A DNA stretch of 63,939 nucleotides, counting the filler, from Vannella sp. (taxonomy: Eukaryota), in NCBI GenBank assembly GCA_023345925.1. It is 4 parts of 4 records of this genome, joined end to end, with 100 filler letters (N's around TTAATTAATTAA, not from the genome) between each part and the next. Parts side by side here need not be neighbours in the genome. Positions count along the whole stretch, not along the records: positions 18,999 to 49,943 come from JAJQQN010000645.1; 3 more parts are not named here. One strand, 5' to 3'. A program made the translations under genes and the position numbers. Positions within the stretch are counted from its first letter, which is position 1. Each line of letters begins with the position of its first letter. Below are positions 33,001 to 43,680 of this stretch, piece after piece. Below the pieces are notes generated by a model, which saw only the letters and a program-made list of their open reading frames with translations, did not search any database and was not told the DNA's origin.

Positions 33001-34109
33001 AAGATACAGAAAGTGACGAGTTTCGAGCCATGATGAAGTTCTATGGACACTGTCTTGGATTGGAAAGTCCAATATACCGGGACTATTTGAGCGTGAGCTT
33101 TCTTTTCAGTGCGTTCTCCCAAAGTCTTTGGACTTTGGAACTGTCAGACGACAGTGACCTCCGGAGGCTTCAAGTTACTCTTGATTGTTCCTTCCTGCGC
33201 TATTGGGATGAACTCTCTTGTATTTCTGTACCTTCTTGTCCCCACATAAGAAAGCTCTCCCACATTGCGACCTTCCCTAAACTCATTCTCCGTGGGGAGT
33301 GGAAAGAGCCCGCTACTTGGACTCGAATGGAGTCTACGTGGCAAGCTGACCCTGATTTATGCTCCTATTATGTTGTTGAGGAGCTGGCCAAAATGATAGG
33401 CCAGCAAGAAGCCTCTTCTACCCAAGTTTTGAGTCCTTTAAAGGCGTTCCTATCAGAAATGGTCACCCAAAAGACAACGCGACTTACTTTTTGGGCTCCG
33501 ATCGTGCAATCTATTCAAAGAAGGCTTCTGTGGTCTCTACAAGGGGGAGTAGACCGTCTCCGTCCACAAGATGATGCGTTCTTGCTGGAATTGATTGTCT
33601 ATTGCGTTGGCCTCAAGCCCTGCCTTCTTTGTCTGCTGCATACAAAAACTACTTCTGTGTGGTGCCCCTATTTCACTGAATCATCGCCACTCGTCCTACG
33701 AGAACTGACTCCTGTCCAACAGACCCTCCAAACACTGGTGACACTCCAGGTACTGAAACAGGTCGGGCTGTTGTGGAAGTGTCACCCGGACTGGGATAGA
33801 ACCGGTGGAACTCGATTGGCAATGAACATTGTTCTCTCTCTCTTGGAGATAAGAAGGTCTCTGCAAACCATTCCTCAGACTCAAGAGGGTTCAAGAGCAA
33901 ATGATCTTTTGGCTTCTCTGACAAGTTCGGAGTCCCTGCGGCTTTACAATCTCCTTCTCCTCCGATTATTGGACCAAGTCATCCACTCTAAGCCTGAAGT
34001 AGTCTCCCACCCAGAAATGCATGAAAGACTCTCATGCTACGCTCCAATGTTGGAGGAATCTGCTGAACTCAGAAGACTCCTTCCACGGCCCCACCAAACC
34101 AATCTCTGA
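30012..34109 (+). CDS. FANCA: Large helical protein, putative Fanconi anemia group A homolog
   Basis: 1365-aa open frame with an N-terminal bipartite NLS. Collinear blocks resemble my recall of human FANCA (see findings). The CDS is near-certain; the identity is less so. Confidence 0.65.
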   Translation: MADPPKRRPLERNERPRKRRKADEASNPLYLSLLPWSEVSQTQSPSSDAVNQLLVQSKREFLRSTLPDALKLPACPVSLLKLEEMLHNRPGRAGSEYLGCFAAQALGYWASHSSGASQEFLSCFFQLVDEIKQQPSLPFARWVFSQSLLESKPSVEESYSPLVLWELHKRDLFSWTQFVVECGAQHTAYVVLWLRERLHQKGSQERVSELVKGTLTIVMSGKIDEASSKMVIALLLELSRIKSLSDSVEAHDSVMQELLLRPWTDASERISSALLRDLLSEPGGGAKTHPDCFENLSLLPRLPSVSAGLTQCLDLHLIALKKESRSVSEECLFLLHCRRPRWSFFFYFIQLHLTVQESTFIDHFRSTILASMQQSLSDKLSSQEPGANQSDADVEESMTWMIMMGRFLQDVSITLEAVVIPAPAPKSREWFLVWIDGLPNRYQKMALQTLAKMIPTDSAFYIQLHLGAKGLPEAKAKSIRKLVALYVQQGTRELHSRGYTAEDCDILDRGFFSSIQMPRKCLCTILCFRPSLNLIRNAALYHSEWLHLLLPYLHSDYPVDLFPLHDPFFSLCFQLTRQKVLERREELLFKMNDQRMIPSIVAAQVKQTETFVGQENRTTPLQRTWEQMKPRVSRLLQEWRETAFASNDFVLLKEGVGYPWGERLEELVKTLKPSRESAMEASHPLFDLFDSFLETFCELSTAQKEKGRVLYLSYETVKCLLHQPFLQRTFICHLENRLSGQRISGLSNDLRNGTSLLLATFSCFSEGDGLIHALSRQLEVSSLTQRALFGWFSFLISFFRSFFALEQEKSSICRSTRALSHSFGFLYFRFSHILFLQSTSHLIDEVDCYGQIVLLRELARAVQLAQEMMRKQTVFFGQQKLDCIDWMRWEASSFPAPLPLYHTDYLLHRLAQWYMPKEYSANPESLVMDFVRVVLESESEQVSSNLLASLGYQIFLRSGFPLYKIASCIIESEKGKTDIPERYFRGIVSALPPVSPQDTESDEFRAMMKFYGHCLGLESPIYRDYLSVSFLFSAFSQSLWTLELSDDSDLRRLQVTLDCSFLRYWDELSCISVPSCPHIRKLSHIATFPKLILRGEWKEPATWTRMESTWQADPDLCSYYVVEELAKMIGQQEASSTQVLSPLKAFLSEMVTQKTTRLTFWAPIVQSIQRRLLWSLQGGVDRLRPQDDAFLLELIVYCVGLKPCLLCLLHTKTTSVWCPYFTESSPLVLRELTPVQQTLQTLVTLQVLKQVGLLWKCHPDWDRTGGTRLAMNIVLSLLEIRRSLQTIPQTQEGSRANDLLASLTSSESLRLYNLLLLRLLDQVIHSKPEVVSHPEMHERLSCYAPMLEESAELRRLLPRPHQTNL

Positions 34110-34304
34110 AGGAGAGGAAAGGGATTGATTGGTCGCCAAGAAACACTCGAATTAGTAGCAATTGCTCTCAATAAGGTCCCCAAAATGGGTCTGAACCAAA
34201 CTCTATCTGCTCCAAAATCTTACAAAGAGAGTGTTTGGAACATCAAATTGGCGTGGACTTTGTTGGTGAAGTAAAAATCAGCGGAACAATGCATTTGATA
34301 GTCA

Positions 34305-35590
34305 TCATTGTTTCTCAGCCTTCCACAAGTGGACTCGCGCGTCTGTTCCTGAGGAGGCAATAAATTTCGAGTTGTGTGACCAACAGATACAAGTGATCGT
34401 CCCAATGTGCGCTCTTGGAATAGAATCGTACTGGACACCGGTTGCAAAGTCCCAAAGGCGAATAGTGTTGTCACTTGACACTGTAGCCACCTTCCTCGTG
34501 TCAGGAGAGACTTCAAGCTGCAAGAAAGGCAAGTTGGTAGGCTCTACGATTGTTGATAAACACCGAGCTTCCTCATCACGCTTGAAGTTGACATCGATAT
34601 TCCACGTTTTCCAAGTCCCATCCTCCGAGCCAGTGAGGATCTGCTTGGAATCCTTGGTAAAATCCAAGCAAGTGACTGCTCGTTTGTGCAAACCCTTACT
34701 TTGGCCAGAAATAGCTTTTTCGAATGACTTTAAAAGGCCATTCTTATCTTCAATCACTTCCCAAATCCTCAGTTCAGAAGATGTGGTTCCCACTGCTACA
34801 AATCGTCCATCGGGAGAGAAGCGAGCCAATCGGTTCTCAATTTGGCCCGTCACAATCGATGCCAAATGGGTGCCTTTGGTGTCCCACAAATTGACCTTTG
34901 TATCTCGCCCGCTGCAGCTCAGAAGGTACTTTCCATGAGATGCCATGTCAATGGCAACAATAGATTCCTTGTGATGAAGGCGAGCATCAATGATTTTGAC
35001 GCAATCTGCCCCTTTCTACTCCTTCTTCGTTAGGGAGGATTCATTTGGTACAGTTCTGACTTACTGGAGTGATGGAATAAACGTGGATACTCTTAGAGAG
35101 CGTCATATTGACGGCAAGGGACTTGCTATCCGAGGAGAAGCGAAAGGCACATGGAATGTCCCCTTGAACGTTCACGCGGCGATGGGGATGTGAAGGGTTG
35201 AGTAGCTCTTTGGTACCATAGATCAGTATCGTACGGTCCTCTGATGCTGTGGCTAGGAGCGATCCACAGGGCGAGAATCTTTGAATTCATCAGAACAAAG
35301 ACCGAAACCTGCTCCCGCACTCACCCCACATAGCCAACAGTAGCACGATGGTTCTTAAGGGTAGTAACCAACCGAGGATGAGGCACCACAGCACTAACAG
35401 CGCTGCCTTTCACTACCTTCTTCGGTTCGCTAGATCCCTTTTTCTCCACCACAGGCAGCGGCTTTGCCTTTGGCTTCTCCGCCACCACCGCACGGCTCAC
35501 CTGCTCGCCCTTCTGTCGCATAGCAAGCCACCCGACAACCAACAACAGAAGAGTAACCACGAAAGCCACCAGAAGCAACGAAAGCGCCAT
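34305..35590 (-). CDS. TBL2: Membrane-anchored WD40 protein, TBL2-like; spliced
   Basis: N-terminal TM, Lys-rich linker, HPRLVTTLKNH, WD repeats, FSPDGRFVAVG and SEDGTWKTWNIDVNFKRDEE. Confidence 0.85.
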
Positions 35591-35635
35591 CCCCAGGCCG
35601 CCAAGAAAAGAGTCGGAATGAGGGATCGATCAAAA

Positions 35636-36442
35636 TTATTCTTTCCAGCGGTTAGAACAGGAAAAGCACTTCAAAAACATCGTCATTGGCTCATCAGCAG
35701 AACGGGTTTGGAGTTGGCGTTCGATAATGACTTTGCCGCTCCTGCACTTGCCGCACGTGAACATTCCTTCACTGACAGATCCTGTGATCTTAGCGGCAGC
35801 CATCCGATCGGATCGTTCGGCCAAGAGCGCCTTCCTCGAAGCCTTTTGAGCGGGACTGGCGAGGTCGTCTATTGCGAGGAGGACTAGTTCGGTGGGTTCA
35901 ATAGAGCCAGAGATGATCTCGTTGGAGAGCCAAGTGTTGTTGACATTGCGCAAGGCAGCTGAGATCTCTCGGAATTGGTCCGCGTAAGAGCCTTTCACGT
36001 CTTTGTGCTTCTCAAAGAGAGCGTCTTCAATGAGTCTTGCGATCTGTCTGAGATCAACGTCTTTATACTCGCTAGTTCGCTGCCCTTCCAGCGTGGTATG
36101 AAGGGAGTCCTCGATTCTCTGTCGAACGGCTTCTTTCCCGCTATTCGAAGGAGTAGAAGCTACCTTTCGGCGCTCCTCCTTGACAGCATCTCCTCCGTCT
36201 TTCTTTTTCTGCGTCCACACCTCCAGAGTCAACTTGGCAGCCACAACGACGTCCTCTTCCTTCCTCTTCACCAACCGTTGCACCGCCAACCCCAGCTTTG
36301 TCTGCTTCAGCAGCGCTACCGAAGGGTGAAGCTTCCTGAGCTCCACCAGTATCTCTACCAGCTCAATAGCATCCCCTTCTTCTGTCGCTTCATCAAGACG
36401 GGTCTTGAGCTTAACCAAAAGCTGCTGCTCAGCGGTGGCCAT
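35636..36442 (-). CDS. TCEA1: Transcription elongation factor TFIIS
   Basis: N-terminal LLKQTKLGLAV, central domain, and zinc ribbon CGKC..QLQTRSADEPMTMFLKCFSCSNRWK. Confidence 0.93.
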   Translation of the reverse strand: MATAEQQLLVKLKTRLDEATEEGDAIELVEILVELRKLHPSVALLKQTKLGLAVQRLVKRKEEDVVVAAKLTLEVWTQKKKDGGDAVKEERRKVASTPSNSGKEAVRQRIEDSLHTTLEGQRTSEYKDVDLRQIARLIEDALFEKHKDVKGSYADQFREISAALRNVNNTWLSNEIISGSIEPTELVLLAIDDLASPAQKASRKALLAERSDRMAAAKITGSVSEGMFTCGKCRSGKVIIERQLQTRSADEPMTMFLKCFSCSNRWKE

Positions 36443-36503
36443 GAAAAATCTAGATATTTTGGATTCGCCTTTTTGCGCTTCATTTCACCTCCGCCATAGG
36501 CGC

Positions 36504-37089
36504 ATGGCGGAGCTCCGTTGCGCAGAAGGGCTGACACGGGGTGTGGACTCGCCGCCAGAGCTTCCAGTTGTGTTCTATGGTGAGGTGGTGAAAGGGTTTG
36601 GGCGTGGGAGTAAGGAATTGGGTTGTCCCACGGCTAACATCCCGATTGAGCCGTACGAGGCTCTTTTGGACCGTTATCCTTGTGGTGTTTACTCTGCCTT
36701 TGCTTCTTTTGATGGAGAGTCAGAGTATAAGGGCAAGATCTACGCTGCTGCTCTCAGCATTGGGTGGAATCCCTTCTACAAGAACGAGAAGAAGACCATC
36801 GAGGCTCACCTGATCCATCCCTTTGCGGATGACTTTTACGGGCAGCAGTTACGGCTTCACGTAGTTGACTACATCAGGCCAGAGTGGAACTTTACTTCTC
36901 TTGGTACGTCAATCTACTCTCGTGATCGGGGCTACCGCCACTTCTTGTGCTCACTATCCCTTCTCAGAGGAGCTCATCCAGGCCATCAAAGATGATATTC
37001 AATACGCCTCCCGGATACTCTCATCAGAGCACTTCAAAAGCCACCGAGAGGGTGGCTTCTACGAGGAGCCACCTCTCACCTCACACTAA
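36504..37089 (+). CDS. RFK: Riboflavin kinase; intron 36904-36967
   Basis: GEVVKGFGRGSKELGCPTAN, SIGWNPFYKN, DFYG, YIRPE and ELIQAIKDDI. Confidence 0.95.
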
Positions 37090-37592
37090 ATCCTAACCAA
37101 CTCCTCCCATCAACGATACAACCCAGCCAGTTATCTAACCACCGAATGGGTAGTCTTCTACCACAGTACTGGCCAGTAAAACTGGGTCCATTTGCACTTG
37201 GCCCTCTCTTGGATGGCAGATTGTGAGTGAACTGGAACCAAATCTGTCCTGAAAGTGATTTGTATGGACTAAGACTTTCAAGGGGACAAATGAGCTCTAA
37301 TGAAAGCTGTTCCAGAGAGAATTCACCTCCCACTCCACTGCGTCGCTGGGATTGGGTTATGGAGACCCTCTTTCTAAGTGTGTTGGTCAACCTTCTCGAA
37401 GGTGATGATGGAGGTGATGTGGATCTGTTTGCTGGTGATGCCTGTCATCTTCGGGACTCTTCCCTTCCTGTGGGGCATTCTTCTGTTGGCAGCCTTTCAC
37501 CACTGAATCCGTCAAGTCTCTTTCACTGCATCCATGACATCCTTATCCTCTTCGGGCAGTCATACTATATGATCAATGATCGGAAAAGATTG

Positions 37593-37636
37593 GGGTTTAG
37601 AGGAGGGTTTAGGAAAGGGTTTAGAGGAGGGTTTAG
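37593..37636 (+). repeat. Four GGGTTTAG units at 12-nt period (telomere/telo-box-like)
   Basis: gggtttagagga gggtttaggaaa gggtttagagga gggtttag, ending 31 nt before ATG 37668. Confidence 0.85.
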
Positions 37637-37667
37637 TGCGATTTGTCCATTTTCTGACCCTGCTTCC

Positions 37668-38669
37668 ATGTTAGAAGCGAAGGAACTCTCACTGGAGTCC
37701 ATGTTAGAAGAGGGAGAGATTGATACCATGCAGACCTTCGAAGAGTCCCTTCCACCTTCGGATCGTCTGTTGCACCGCTTGGAAAGGCGGCATTTGTTCA
37801 TACTTGCGTTCGTGGGGGCCTGTCTACTCATCCTGGTGGCTGTTCTGGGATTAGGGGTAACAGTAGCACTCAAAGGAAGCCCAACTGAGCTTGAAGGACA
37901 TCCCAGCAATGACGAGGTGGCGGACACTTCGGAGTATCAAATCGTTTTGGTTGCTCCTGATAAGTGGAAGAGTAGAGAGACCACCATACAAAAGTGGCTA
38001 GAGTACTATCAGTCCCAGTCTCAGTATTTTACCATCGAAGGCTCTTCCAATGTAACGTTCGTCCGCAATCAGTATTACATTCACATGGACGGCCCTGCCA
38101 GCTGCAACTCGGCCTTAGAGATCCGAGTGAGAGAGTTCCAGAGTGGAAACCAATCTGGAGCAACTGTTGACGTGAAAGACAACATGCGCACCGCTTCCCA
38201 GGCTCTGTCAGCGCCCTTTTGGCCCGCTGAAGGACTCGATTCCTCCCAAAAGTGCGAACATGACTTCCATGAGTGCTCTTCCAAGTACTCTCGAGAGACT
38301 CGTATCACAATGGAGAGCTCTCACTTGCATTTCAGCCGGTGCAGGGACGTATCCGCCTTATTTCCTTGGGTCCTGGATGCGGCATTCGCAGACAATTCGG
38401 TGGAGAAGACTGGCTCCCAATACTGGTGGGCTCGTGAGATTGGTGGGTACTTGGACGAAGATACTCTATTCAAGATGTCTTTCACTCTGCGTTATCCCAC
38501 TTTGGCTTCGGCCAATGACGAGTCGAAGAAGGCCCAATCTGGGGAATGGTCCATTCGCTTGTTCTCTTTAGATGCCGGAATGTCTTCCACATGGAACGAC
38601 AAAGTCGTGCGAGATACCAACGCTGCTTGGAAAGCCATGATTCAGCATTTTGGTGATGCTGATTGTTAA
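37668..38669 (+). CDS. Type II membrane protein, unknown function
   Basis: Acidic N-terminus, TM helix LFILAFVGACLLILVAVLGLGVTVAL, and a Cys-containing domain of about 260 aa. The upstream part of ORF 37227 looks non-coding. Confidence 0.75.
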   Translation: MLEAKELSLESMLEEGEIDTMQTFEESLPPSDRLLHRLERRHLFILAFVGACLLILVAVLGLGVTVALKGSPTELEGHPSNDEVADTSEYQIVLVAPDKWKSRETTIQKWLEYYQSQSQYFTIEGSSNVTFVRNQYYIHMDGPASCNSALEIRVREFQSGNQSGATVDVKDNMRTASQALSAPFWPAEGLDSSQKCEHDFHECSSKYSRETRITMESSHLHFSRCRDVSALFPWVLDAAFADNSVEKTGSQYWWAREIGGYLDEDTLFKMSFTLRYPTLASANDESKKAQSGEWSIRLFSLDAGMSSTWNDKVVRDTNAAWKAMIQHFGDADC

Positions 38670-38762
38670 CGAGCCGGCCTGGCGCCCCCATCTCCTGTCT
38701 CACTGGTCCATGAATAGAGCAAAGAAGTGTATTGATATGGAAGAGAGTGTGCAGTCGGCTTC

Positions 38763-41700
38763 TTAATATTCAGAAGCAATCTGCTCAGGAGTGGGAGGAA
38801 CAGCCACGTTGCCGCTCCACACAATTTGGTGAAGGGCTTTGCGATGGAGGTTCCCTTGATTGCCCAAGTTCCGCAGGTAAATCTCCAAATAGTTCTCAAA
38901 CTCGCGGGAAGGAGGGAAGCAGTGAAGGCACATGCTCATCATCTTCCAGCCCTTCTCAGTGCTGCTGGGGTTGGGATTGTTGGTCACTTGTTTGATGATT
39001 TGCACGTAGATTTCATCGCGGAGGTCAGGGTGTTCAATGCCCTTTTCCAGCACCTCTCTTGCTAGCATGTTAGGGAAAGACATAACGCGGTCGCCCATAA
39101 AGCCCATAATGTCTGCTCTTCTTGTTAGAGGATGCTAAGAGATGTTGATGTTCTTACTCTTGAAGGTGAGGACGGACTCTTTGTTCATCAGAGGAGGAGT
39201 GCGAGTGAGGGGTGAGTGAATGGGGGTCTTGGACCAGTTCATCATCGAGTCCATCACCTTCTCTTTGCCAAAGAGCTTTCCTTTCGCGTACTCCTTCGGA
39301 GACTTGATCTTGGCACATTGTGTGAGAACGAATGACTTGCCAAAGAGCTGGAAGAAGATTTCCTTAAGCCTGATGTTGAGTTCAATCACTCTCTCCTTAT
39401 CAGAGCGGCGGAGGGCAGATTTGAGTTGGACCTTGGCCAAGGCTTCATCCTCGAATCCACAGTATCCAGTGAGCTCTGCAAGCTGCTCAGTGTGCATGCC
39501 AACCGCAAGTGCGCGGTCATTAAGCTCGCTGAGGTATTCACGGTCCGGCATCAGGTCCAAGTTAAATTGAATCTCCTCTGCCAAGCTCTTGAGAGTGTCT
39601 CGAAGCTCAAGTGCTTGATAGTAGTCCTCAAGATTGTATCCAATTAGATCACCTAACTCAACAGCGTGGGTGAGGGCTCCCTCTTCAATCTGTTCCAGAC
39701 CATCATAGATAGCTTGCTGAGCAGCAATAATGGCGTACACGAGCTCCTGATAGGATTCTACCTCCATGCGCAATGCAGTTCCCTTGTCTACAGCAAGCTG
39801 CAGAGTGTTTGCGTCGAAGGCGGCGGATGCATTGTCAAGAGTCTCCTGAACCTCTCCCCGCTTCGCCTTCAGAATAAGCTGGTCGTGTGCTCCTCGCATT
39901 TCCACAGTCTTCACCAACTGAGGAGAGTCTCCGAGCTTGTTATCAAGAAGAAGAGTTTCCACTTGGTCCCAGTCCTCTTGTCCAATGGCACTACGAAGGT
40001 GAAGGACCAGATTACCAGAGTTCGTAAGGCGAACTCCCAAAGGAGTCTTGCAGTTGAAGTTGTGAGCCCGGGTGACACAAGCTTCCAACTCCTCCCAGGC
40101 GCCCTCGTACAAGATGACCTCTCCCTCTTCTGTAATCTGGATTAAGGGGTTGAGAGAAGGCGTGGTGTAACTAATATCTGGCGTCTGATTCGGGTCAGCA
40201 GGGAGGGAAAGGGCAGTTCGTATCTGAGCCAAGATAACCAACTCCTCTTCAATACGGGCAATCTCCTTGCGAGCAGCGGTGATGCTCGCCTCGTTCATGT
40301 CAAAGCCAAGACGCTGAGCCTCAGACAATGCCTTTCTCAACTTCTCTTCGTTGCTTTCGGTCACTCCCTTGACCAAATCCTCGCGAGTGCGAATTCGGGC
40401 CATAATCTCCTCATACAATGCCACCGCTGCGTTCACCTCTGGATTAGAGAACTCAATGGCCTGGGCAGCCTTGACCACAGCTTCTAGTTGTTGCCGTAAC
40501 GCATCGGACGGGTTGGTATTGCCTTGCAACTGGCCCATAATGCGCTGAGTCTCACCCATAATACGGACCTCCTCTTTGACAATATCCCGAAGCGTGACTG
40601 CTTGCTCAAACTCTGGGTAAACGTCAAACTCAGCGTCATCCTTGTGAGACTGAATCGCTTTCTCCAAGTCAGGGAGCTTGCGAGAGCTCATAGCAGATCT
40701 CAAGCTCAAGCGAATAGCATGCATGGTCTCATAAGTAGTGCGAGCGTTCCATCCTCGGTTGTAAGCCTGAATAATGGTGATTGTCTCAGAAAGCGCCACG
40801 TTTCGGAGCAACTCCATCTCGCGGTACTGCGCAGCACGATAAAGGACTTTGGTAGTACCAATCTGGACGTGAGTCATGTCCTTTTTGGCCGCCATCTTCT
40901 TGATAATGACATCGCAGAACTTCTTCCACTCCTTAGAGGCGCTGTTCAAGTTGGCATCGCGCACCAGAGACTTGTAACGCTTGTAAAAGTTCTCGTGGGT
41001 GAGACGGAAGGGGAAGCCAGTCTGACGAATGGTCACAGCTTCGAACACACCTGCGTAGCGCAGCTGGCGCAAAACGTTCATACCCGAGAAGCCGAGGCGA
41101 CAAGGCTGCTTTGATTCGTTAGGCTTAATGCAGCGAACATAATGAGGGTTTGTAGCATTCAATGTGTCCATTAGCTGTCCAAGTTGGCCCTTGAACTGAG
41201 AGCCCAAGCTCTGTTTGCGACCTCCAGAGCTTCCCCCGCTGCTGGGTCCTCCGCGAGCTGGTCTGCCCCTCGCAGGTGCTGCAGCACCACCACCGCCAGC
41301 TCCTTCAGCATTGGCTTTAAGCTCATTAAGGAAGAGGTCCGCAAGGAATTGGAGAGAAGAGATGGACATCAACTCCAAGAGACCATCATAGAGAGTGTCC
41401 TTGTTCTTATCAAGGAAGCCGTCCACTTGATACTCGACATCCCCCGCATAGTGAACAACTGTGAACTTGTTACGGGAACGCAAGTCTTGCTTGTAGCGCG
41501 GATTCTTCTTTTGGCCATGCTTTTGGTCCAACTTGTCCTTAAAGGTAAAGTCCGTAGCCTTTGGCATGATGACTTCCTCATCCAGAGTCGAGATAAGCCC
41601 ATTGGGCCGAGACTCAATCAAATCCAGCACGACTTGGTTGTCAATGAACTCAACATGAGAGTATTTGATCTGCTCAGACTTGTAAACTTCTTCCTCGAGC

Positions 41701-43403
41701 TTGAAAGTGTGAGCATTGAAGTGCTGTTGCAACTTCTCGTTCGCAAAGTTAATGCAAAGCTGCTCAAAAGAGTTCTTTTCGAAAATCTCGAACCCGAAGA
41801 TGTCCAAAACACCAATTCGGGTGGTACGTTGCCCTGCAACGTCTGCAGAAAGCACAGTGTTGATCTTAGAGACAATCCAGTTGAACATAAAGCCGAACAT
41901 TGTCTGGCAAAGAGAATCTCTTCCATCTTTGGCTTTGGTGGGGTCTAGAGGAACACAGTAGGCACTTGAACGACCCTTGCTCTGGAAGCGGCGAGAGATG
42001 AAGTTCTCCCGGAGCATATCCGACCGAACCCCGAGTAACTGAGCAGCAATCTCCAGAGCTAGGAGCAACGTTAGGACCACGCACAGACTCATTCATTCAC
42101 CTACGCTCCTCATTCTGAATGACAGATCCGGTCCCGTCAGAGTTAGGAGTGAAGACGATGTTCCCCAAGTGCAAGATTGCTGCGCAAATCTGGATGATGG
42201 CCTTCTTCTCTTCAGGGGAGAAGTTCAAACCGTCCATGGCTTCCTACAAACACTGAATGAGAAGGATTCAGGAGCCCTCCGACTGCTAACGTACGAGATT
42301 CTCGTGAAAGTCAGCAGCGTCGTCAGTTCCTTCGATGTAGATGCAACCGCTCTTGTTAAGGAACTCGTAGTCTTCAGGAGCACCCAAGTAGAACTCGCGG
42401 CGCATCTCGTCGTCAGCACCAGCAAGAAGTTGGTAGAAGACGTGGAAGTTCCGTTCGTTGTCAGCTTGCAAGGCAACACGGGACTTCTCGAGCAAGTAGC
42501 TGATCATCTTACAGCCGATAATGCTGTTCTTGCCGTCAAAGTGGACTTCCATCCACTTACCGAAGCGAGAGGAGTTGTTGTTTCGCAGTGTCTTGGCGTT
42601 TCCGAATGATTCGAGGATGGGATTCGCCTTGAGTACTTGCTGTTCCACTCCAGATTCAGAGCCAGCCACCTCAGCGAGGTATTGGAGGATGACCTTGGTG
42701 GCCTCCGTCTTTCCTGCTCCAGACTCTCCACTAATGATGACAGACTGGTCCTCCTTCTTGAGAAGGGCTTTGTAGCAGTCGTCTGCAATGGCAAACACGT
42801 GAGGACGCATGTGGCTGTGGTCTCCATGAAGGTATTGGTCCATCACAGAGGCTGTGTAGATGGGCAGGCGCTCGTAAGGGTTCACAGAGATCAGAATATC
42901 TCCCACATAGGTCTACGTAAGTTGTGAGTTGGTGAGAGAGGCAGCAGAAGGGTAACCTACGTAGATGTCGTTCTGTTTGCAGCGTTCACGCAGGTTATGC
43001 ACAATGAAGGGGTCGTTGATGTCTTCCAGCTTCACCAAGTCATCTGTGAGCTTCTTGAGTGCAGAGAGATTAACTGGGAGCAGTTTGGAACCCTTGGGAA
43101 CGACCACTTCAAGTTCCTGCTCCGTGTGAGGACTGTCCCCCTTGATGAGAAGCGAGAGCAGCATACCGTCCCTTCAGGGGTTCTGATGATAGTGTTGCCG
43201 TCGTAATACTCTTGCACAACTTGGCCTACGATGTAGCCTTGAACCTCGTCTGGGATCCAAAACCAGTCCCCCGTGTCAGCCTGCTCTCCTCCACGAAGGG
43301 CATCGGGCTTGTCCCATGTGGTCTCTTGAGTGATCGTGTTGTAATAGTACTCCAAGCCATCGGCAGACTGGTAGGCCTCCCAGGCAGCGTCCACGTCCGA
43401 CAT
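38763..43403 (-). CDS. Unconventional myosin with WW, motor, IQ, helical tail and MyTH4 (class IV-like); spliced
   Basis: WW domain (WEAY..YYYNTITQETTWDKP), GESGAGKT, NNNSSRFGK, DIFGFE, PHYVRCIKPN, IQAYNRG, and MyTH4 (LRDEIYVQIIKQVTNNP..FPPS). Confidence 0.92.
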
Positions 43404-43680
43404 CCCAACAAAAATGAATACGACCCCCTTCCCTCATTATTAGCTCCGAAGCAGAATCCTTCCAGCAAATTGAAATCATTTCTCTTCTGTCCGGGAGTCA
43501 TTTGCAGGTCCGGCCGAAAAAGGGTTGCTCCTATTTTTGGAAAACTGTGACGAGTTGGCAAAAGGCGTTCACGCCGTCCTCCGCCACCACCGCCCCAGCG
43601 ATCTCCCTCAAGTACTGGTCCATCAAAGAATGACCAAAAGCGCTCCCCTTTAGTCTCTCCATCATTCATTGGCAAGGCAC

